This document shows, piece by piece, positions 27,197 through 32,000 of a stretch of 32,000 nucleotides of DNA. The DNA comes from Aliarcobacter cibarius (lineage in GTDB: Bacteria > Campylobacterota > Campylobacteria > Campylobacterales > Arcobacteraceae), in assembly GCF_013372265.1 (NCBI RefSeq), contig NZ_CP054051.1, forward strand, positions 1,790,596-1,822,595, read 5' to 3'. Every line of letters starts with the position of its first letter. The stretch's first letter is position 1. The notes under the pieces are model-generated. The model was not told where the DNA came from, did not search any database, and was given only the letters and a program-made list of their open reading frames with translations. The translations under genes were made by a program, and so were the position numbers.

Positions 27197-29311
27197 TTGA
27201 AATTATCAAAATTTATCGCAAGATTCATACTTATTACTGCTTTTTCATCGGTTATATTAGCCTTCTTAGTATCTATCATTTTTCAGTATATAAATTTCAA
27301 AAGTGATTTGGCTCACTTAAGAGATGAGTTAACTGAGCAGAAAAAAAGAGAAGTAAAAAATGAAGTAAATATGCTTCATGGTTTAATAAAATATAAAGAA
27401 GAACTTCTAAAAAAAACTGTTCAAAATAGGCTAAAAGATAGGGTTAATCAAGCTTATACTTTAGCTATGAATATTTATGAATTAAATAAAAAAATAAAAA
27501 CAGAAGATGAAATAAAATATTTAATTGCCAATGCTTTAAAAAATTTTAGATTTGAAAATGATGATAGCTACTTTTTTATAAATAGTAATAAAGGCCAAAG
27601 TATTTTATATTCAGAACAAGTAACACTTGATAAGTATATTGATATTTGGGATTTAAAAGATTTAAATGGCAAACCTATTATACAAATTCAATCAAAAATA
27701 GCAACAGAACAAAAAGAGGGATTTTCAATAAATAGTTTTACAAAGCCGAATTCACAAAATCAAACTCAATTTTTAAAATTATCTTTTATAAAACTTTTTG
27801 AGCCTTATGATTGGCATATTGGAATGGGTGAATATTTAGATGATTTAAGAAACAAGAATCAAGAAGAACTACTAAGCTGGATAGGAACTTTAGAAAATGA
27901 AAATAGTAATTATACTTTTATTAATTCAATAGATGGTCTTTCTTTGGTTTTTGAAGGTAATAAACTAGAAAAACCAAAAAAACATCCTTCTCCTGAACTA
28001 TTTATCAAACAATTAGAAATTTCAAAAAACAGTGAAGGAGATTTTTTTGAATATAAATTTAAAAAACCAAATAGTAGTGAAGAGTTTGAAAAAATATCAT
28101 TTGTAAAACAGTTCGAAGAATATGGCTGGATAATTGGATGTGGGGTATATTTAGATGAAATTGAGGCTGAAATAAAAAGAAAAGAAGCAATTTTTGAAGA
28201 GAATATAAAAAATCAAATAGCATCAATGGTTGTAATATTTATACTTATTTTAATGATTATCTATTTTTTATCTATAAAAATTTCAGATTTTATTAACAAC
28301 AACATAAAAAATTTAATCCAAGCTTTTAGAAAAGCATCTACTGAAAATAAAAAAATAAATACAGATGAATTAACATATAAAGAGTTTGTGCTTCTTGCAA
28401 ATAATTTAAATAAAGCACTTGAAGATAAAAATATTATTGAAAAAGAGCTACAAGATTATATAAGAATAGTTAATCAAAATGTAATTATTTCATCTACAAA
28501 TAAAGATGGGCTTATAACTGATATAAGTGAAGCTTTCTGTGAAATATCTGGATATAAAAAATATGAACTTCTTGGGAAAACTCATAAATTAGTAAGACAT
28601 CCTGATACATCGATTGATTTTTATAAAAATATGTGGGATACACTTTTACAAGGTAAAGAATGGAAGGGTGAAATCAAAAATCTTACAAAAAATGGTGATA
28701 CTTACTGGGTATATGCAATAATTACTCCAATTATAAAAGATGATATAATCAAAGGTTTTACAGCAATTAGGTCAAATATTACTGATAAAAAACATATAGA
28801 ACATCTTTCAATAACAGATGAATTAACAAAACTTTATAATAGAAGATTTTTCAATTTAAAAATTGAGGAAGAGATAAATAGAGCCAAAAGAGAAGACAAA
28901 TCTCTTTGTTTAATGATTTTAGATATTGACTATTTCAAACAATATAATGATACTTATGGACATCAAAAAGGTGATTTTGTACTACAAAAAGTAGCTGAAG
29001 TATTAAAAAATAGTACAAATAGAGCTAGTGACTTTGCTTTTAGAGTCGGTGGAGAAGAGTTTGCTATTGTTACTATATTAAAAAAAGATAAAGTATTAAA
29101 CTACGCAAAAGCAATAAAAGAGAGTATTTATAATCTAAAAATAGAACACTCAAATAGCTTGGTTTCAAACTATATAACTTGTTCTATTGGAATAAGCTGC
29201 AAAATGGCAAAAGATATAAAAAATAGTGATGAAATTTATAAAGAAGCAGATGACAACCTTTATGAAGCAAAAAATATTGGTAGAAATTCTATACATGTGA
29301 ATGAAAAATGA
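27197..29311 (+). CDS. Membrane diguanylate cyclase with tandem Cache-type sensor and PAS domain
   Basis: Cache-like repeats ending DWHIGMGEYLDD and GWIIGCGVYLDE, PAS (ITDISEAFCEISGYKKYELLGKTHKLVRHPDT), GGDEF domain with GGEEF and RASD I-site. Confidence 0.94.
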   Translation: MKLSKFIARFILITAFSSVILAFLVSIIFQYINFKSDLAHLRDELTEQKKREVKNEVNMLHGLIKYKEELLKKTVQNRLKDRVNQAYTLAMNIYELNKKIKTEDEIKYLIANALKNFRFENDDSYFFINSNKGQSILYSEQVTLDKYIDIWDLKDLNGKPIIQIQSKIATEQKEGFSINSFTKPNSQNQTQFLKLSFIKLFEPYDWHIGMGEYLDDLRNKNQEELLSWIGTLENENSNYTFINSIDGLSLVFEGNKLEKPKKHPSPELFIKQLEISKNSEGDFFEYKFKKPNSSEEFEKISFVKQFEEYGWIIGCGVYLDEIEAEIKRKEAIFEENIKNQIASMVVIFILILMIIYFLSIKISDFINNNIKNLIQAFRKASTENKKINTDELTYKEFVLLANNLNKALEDKNIIEKELQDYIRIVNQNVIISSTNKDGLITDISEAFCEISGYKKYELLGKTHKLVRHPDTSIDFYKNMWDTLLQGKEWKGEIKNLTKNGDTYWVYAIITPIIKDDIIKGFTAIRSNITDKKHIEHLSITDELTKLYNRRFFNLKIEEEINRAKREDKSLCLMILDIDYFKQYNDTYGHQKGDFVLQKVAEVLKNSTNRASDFAFRVGGEEFAIVTILKKDKVLNYAKAIKESIYNLKIEHSNSLVSNYITCSIGISCKMAKDIKNSDEIYKEADDNLYEAKNIGRNSIHVNEK

Positions 29312-30252
29312 ATTTAAAAATAGGAACTTTTAATCTCTTTCAATTTTGTTCACCTTCTTTTTCTTTTTATACAAAAAAAGAGAAATTTTCAAAAGAAGAT
29401 TTCCAAGAGAAGAAAAGTTGGATAAAAGAACAAATATTAAAAATGAATTGTGATTTTATAGGTTTTCAAGAAGTTTTTTCTCAAGATGAATTAAAAGATT
29501 TAGTTTTAGAGTGTGGATTTAAAGAGTTTATTGTGGTTGATGAACCAAAATTAGATGATAAAAATCAAGTTTTTAAAACTACAACCATTGGATTTGCAAG
29601 TAAATTTCCTATAAAACAAGTAGAAAAAGTTTCAAGAGCTGATAATTTTACTTTTGCAAGAGAACCTATAAAAGCTATTATCTCTTTAGAAAATGATTTA
29701 AATCTAACTATTTATGTGGCTCATTTAAAATCAAATAGATTAAATGAGTTTGAATATAAATTTACACAAAACAGTACCTTTGAAGAAAAAATAGAGAAGT
29801 TTCATATAGCTCAAAAAAACAACTATTCTCTCTCTCTTAAACAAAGAATAGATGAAGCAAAAACTCTACACTTTGATATAAAAAGAGAAAAAAATCCCTC
29901 TATTTTAGTTTGTGATTTAAATGACAAAGAGTTTTCAATAACTATTGAAGCTTTAACAAATAAGAGATTTTATATTAAAGATTTAAAAAAAGATGATTAT
30001 ATTCTTTTTGATAGCTACTATTTAGCCCCAAAAGAGATCTACAATCCACATCCTGAAGCTAAAGAGATAAAAAGAACACCTACAAGCTATTTTGTAGGAT
30101 ATGGAAATACTCTTGATTTTATTTTTGTGTCAAAAAATTTAAAAAATAGTATCAAAAAATATAAAGTCTTTGATGAACATTTACAAAAAAACAAAAATGG
30201 AAGTTTAAAACAAAGTGACCATGCTCAAGTTATTTGTGAAATAGAGATTTAA
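29308..30252 (+). CDS. Endonuclease/exonuclease/phosphatase family protein
   Basis: KIGTFNLFQFC, DFIGFQEVFSQ, VAHLKSNR, ILVCDLNDKEFS, TLDFIFVSKN and SDHAQVICEIE. Confidence 0.87.
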   Translation: MNLKIGTFNLFQFCSPSFSFYTKKEKFSKEDFQEKKSWIKEQILKMNCDFIGFQEVFSQDELKDLVLECGFKEFIVVDEPKLDDKNQVFKTTTIGFASKFPIKQVEKVSRADNFTFAREPIKAIISLENDLNLTIYVAHLKSNRLNEFEYKFTQNSTFEEKIEKFHIAQKNNYSLSLKQRIDEAKTLHFDIKREKNPSILVCDLNDKEFSITIEALTNKRFYIKDLKKDDYILFDSYYLAPKEIYNPHPEAKEIKRTPTSYFVGYGNTLDFIFVSKNLKNSIKKYKVFDEHLQKNKNGSLKQSDHAQVICEIEI

Positions 30253-30263
30253 TATCTCTTTTT
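30243..30263 (+). terminator. Short candidate terminator after the EEP nuclease gene
   Basis: 6 bp stem AGAGAT-TTAAT-ATCTCT followed by T5, overlapping the stop codon. Confidence 0.35.
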
Positions 30264-32000
30264 ATATATCAAATCTATACTTTGTGTTTTTTCTTCAAAA
30301 CCTAACTCTAAATTCCATAATTTTGTAAGTTCTCTCATAAAAACAAGTTGTCCACTTTGAGCTTTATTTTTTAATACAATTTTATTTTTTTCTCCAATAT
30401 TCTTTCCAACATGAGTTTCAATATACTGTGTTGTAGGGTCATATTGAAAATATATACTATCAACTCCTAGCTCTTTTGCATAATCTTTTGAAAGTTCATT
30501 TAATAAAAACAATGAAGCTTGTGATTGCTTACTTTGAGCGCTATTTGTAGTATTTGAAAAACTCGTTCCAAAAATTAAATAGGATAAAATATCTTTATAA
30601 TTCATAACTGGATTTGAATTTAAATTAATTCTAGGATTATTTAGCGTACCACTAATTAAAATAAAAATATCTACATCTTCCACTTTTGTTGAAGCTTTGA
30701 TATCTAAAATTGGATTGATTGGATCCAATCCTCTAAAATAAACACTTGAACTTTCTATTTTATATGTTTTACCTAATTCTGTAAAAGTTCCAGCTACATC
30801 GTGAACTGAACCATAAAGTCTAACACCTTTTGAAAATTCTTTCTTTATATTTAATACAGTTTTTGCTTTTAAATCAATATTCTTTACATTGTATTTTATA
30901 TCATCAGCAAATATTATAAGTTCTAAAGCGATATTTTCTGTAAAATAGTCTTTTTTAATAAGACTACTATCTTTTGAAACAATAATAATATCTTTATCTT
31001 TACTAATACTCATAGCTGGGATATTATAAATTGCTTTTAAATTATTTGTTTTTATATCACCTTGTACAAAAATTTTATTCTCTTTGTCTATATTTATATT
31101 CAAATTTGAATTTAGAATACCATTTCCATATGAAGCATGTCCAATAGATAAATTATTTATATTTATAGAAAGAGTAATATTTTCATCATTTTTTAAAGTT
31201 TTTACAAAAATATTATCAAAATTAAAATTTCCATTAAAATCTTCTATATTGAAAAAAGCTTCATTTAAAAGTGAGAATCTTTTTTGTAATTTCATATCAT
31301 AAATTGTATCTATATCAAAATTTAATTTATCAAAATATACTATTTTATTTTTCAATTCTCCTTTTATATCTATATTTTCAATTTTTTCATTTTCTAATTT
31401 TATTTTCGGGCTATTAAATCTGAAATTTAAATTTTCTAAAGATTTTGAATTAAGTTCTAAATTAGCATTTACCAAACCTTCAAGTCCCAACTTTGGTATT
31501 TCTAAAATTTTGTTCAGTTCTTTTTCTAAATCTTTTAACTCTTTTATATTCGCATTTATTTTTATAAAGTCACCAATTTTTCCCATATTTACTAAGAAAG
31601 AACTGTTTTTTATAGTTGATTTAAAATTTTCCTTATTTGTTACAAAATTAGCATCCAGAAAAAAAGAATCATTTAAAACTAAATTTGCATCAAAAAATAG
31701 ATTATTTTCATATTCACCTTTTATTTTTCCTCTAAATTTTGAGATATTTATACTCTTATCAAAATCATAAAATTGCTTTGGATTTAAATCATTTATATTT
31801 AAATCAAAAATAAATTTCTTTAAATTAGGACTTTTAAGAGATAAATTTGCTATTTTAGAGTTTAAATTTACACTCAAAGAGTATCTTTTATAAAAGCTAT
31901 CTATAGTTATATTTTCTAAAGATTTTAAATTATAATTTTCATAATTTAAGTTTTGAACTATAGATTTTACACTTAAAGATAAATCTTCAATTTTGTCAAA
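30249..32000 (-). CDS. tamB: TamB/DUF490-like translocation and assembly module, C-terminal part; gene continues past the window edge
   Basis: C-terminal VRLYGSVHDVAGTFTELGKTYKIESSSVYFRGLDPINPILDIKAST, GTLNNPRINLNSNPVMNYKDILSYLIFGTSF and YFQYDPTTQYIETHVGKNIGEKNKIVLK. The frame stays open from the called start at 31877 to 32000. Confidence 0.88.
   Translation of the reverse strand, partial: FDKIEDLSLSVKSIVQNLNYENYNLKSLENITIDSFYKRYSLSVNLNSKIANLSLKSPNLKKFIFDLNINDLNPKQFYDFDKSINISKFRGKIKGEYENNLFFDANLVLNDSFFLDANFVTNKENFKSTIKNSSFLVNMGKIGDFIKINANIKELKDLEKELNKILEIPKLGLEGLVNANLELNSKSLENLNFRFNSPKIKLENEKIENIDIKGELKNKIVYFDKLNFDIDTIYDMKLQKRFSLLNEAFFNIEDFNGNFNFDNIFVKTLKNDENITLSININNLSIGHASYGNGILNSNLNINIDKENKIFVQGDIKTNNLKAIYNIPAMSISKDKDIIIVSKDSSLIKKDYFTENIALELIIFADDIKYNVKNIDLKAKTVLNIKKEFSKGVRLYGSVHDVAGTFTELGKTYKIESSSVYFRGLDPINPILDIKASTKVEDVDIFILISGTLNNPRINLNSNPVMNYKDILSYLIFGTSFSNTTNSAQSKQSQASLFLLNELSKDYAKELGVDSIYFQYDPTTQYIETHVGKNIGEKNKIVLKNKAQSGQLVFMRELTKLWNLELGFEEKTQSIDLIYKKRY

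Noticed and set aside
31084-31770. Plus-strand ORFs at 31084..31302 and 31510..31770
   Set aside because: Antisense to the TamB-like gene; Phe/Lys/Ser-rich shadow frames.
1-32000. CRISPR arrays, toxin-antitoxin, restriction, retron or other defence modules
   Set aside because: No regularly spaced repeats, Cas-like proteins, reverse transcriptase or nuclease-ATPase defence signatures were seen on reading the ORFs; the EEP-family gene alone is not evidence for defence.

Overview
The window is AT-rich and looks like Campylobacterota, probably Arcobacter-like (atpE encoded apart from an atp operon, ArsRS-type two-component system). This assignment is an inference from gene content. Most of it is ordinary chromosomal core: an orphan ZnuA-type binding protein divergent from a Zur-like Fur-family regulator and nhaA; a putatively iron-regulated, same-strand imelysin / di-heme oxidase / imelysin / fatty-acid-hydroxylase-like / cytochrome-c-peroxidase cluster; an AsmA-like protein; atpE; tRNA-Leu(GAG); proA; a GH17 membrane protein; a YmdB-like phosphodiesterase; two signalling gene groups; a Cache/PAS diguanylate cyclase; an EEP nuclease; and a TamB-like protein cut by the right edge. 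The most notable observations are: (1) a tightly coupled signalling cassette of soluble CZB chemoreceptor, stand-alone receiver, pseudokinase-like sensor and complete PAS histidine kinase; (2) a chimeric ORF directly downstream of tRNA-Leu that joins an integrase-like N-terminus to a histidine-kinase ATPase C-terminus; (3) a flavoprotein gene with no canonical start codon ahead of its GAGASG motif, in frame with the stop codon of the upstream kinase; (4) clear 7-1-7 Fur-family operator candidates at two loci; and (5) a conserved-looking iron/heme cluster with atypical distal genes. I found no CRISPR array, intact mobile element or obvious defence system.
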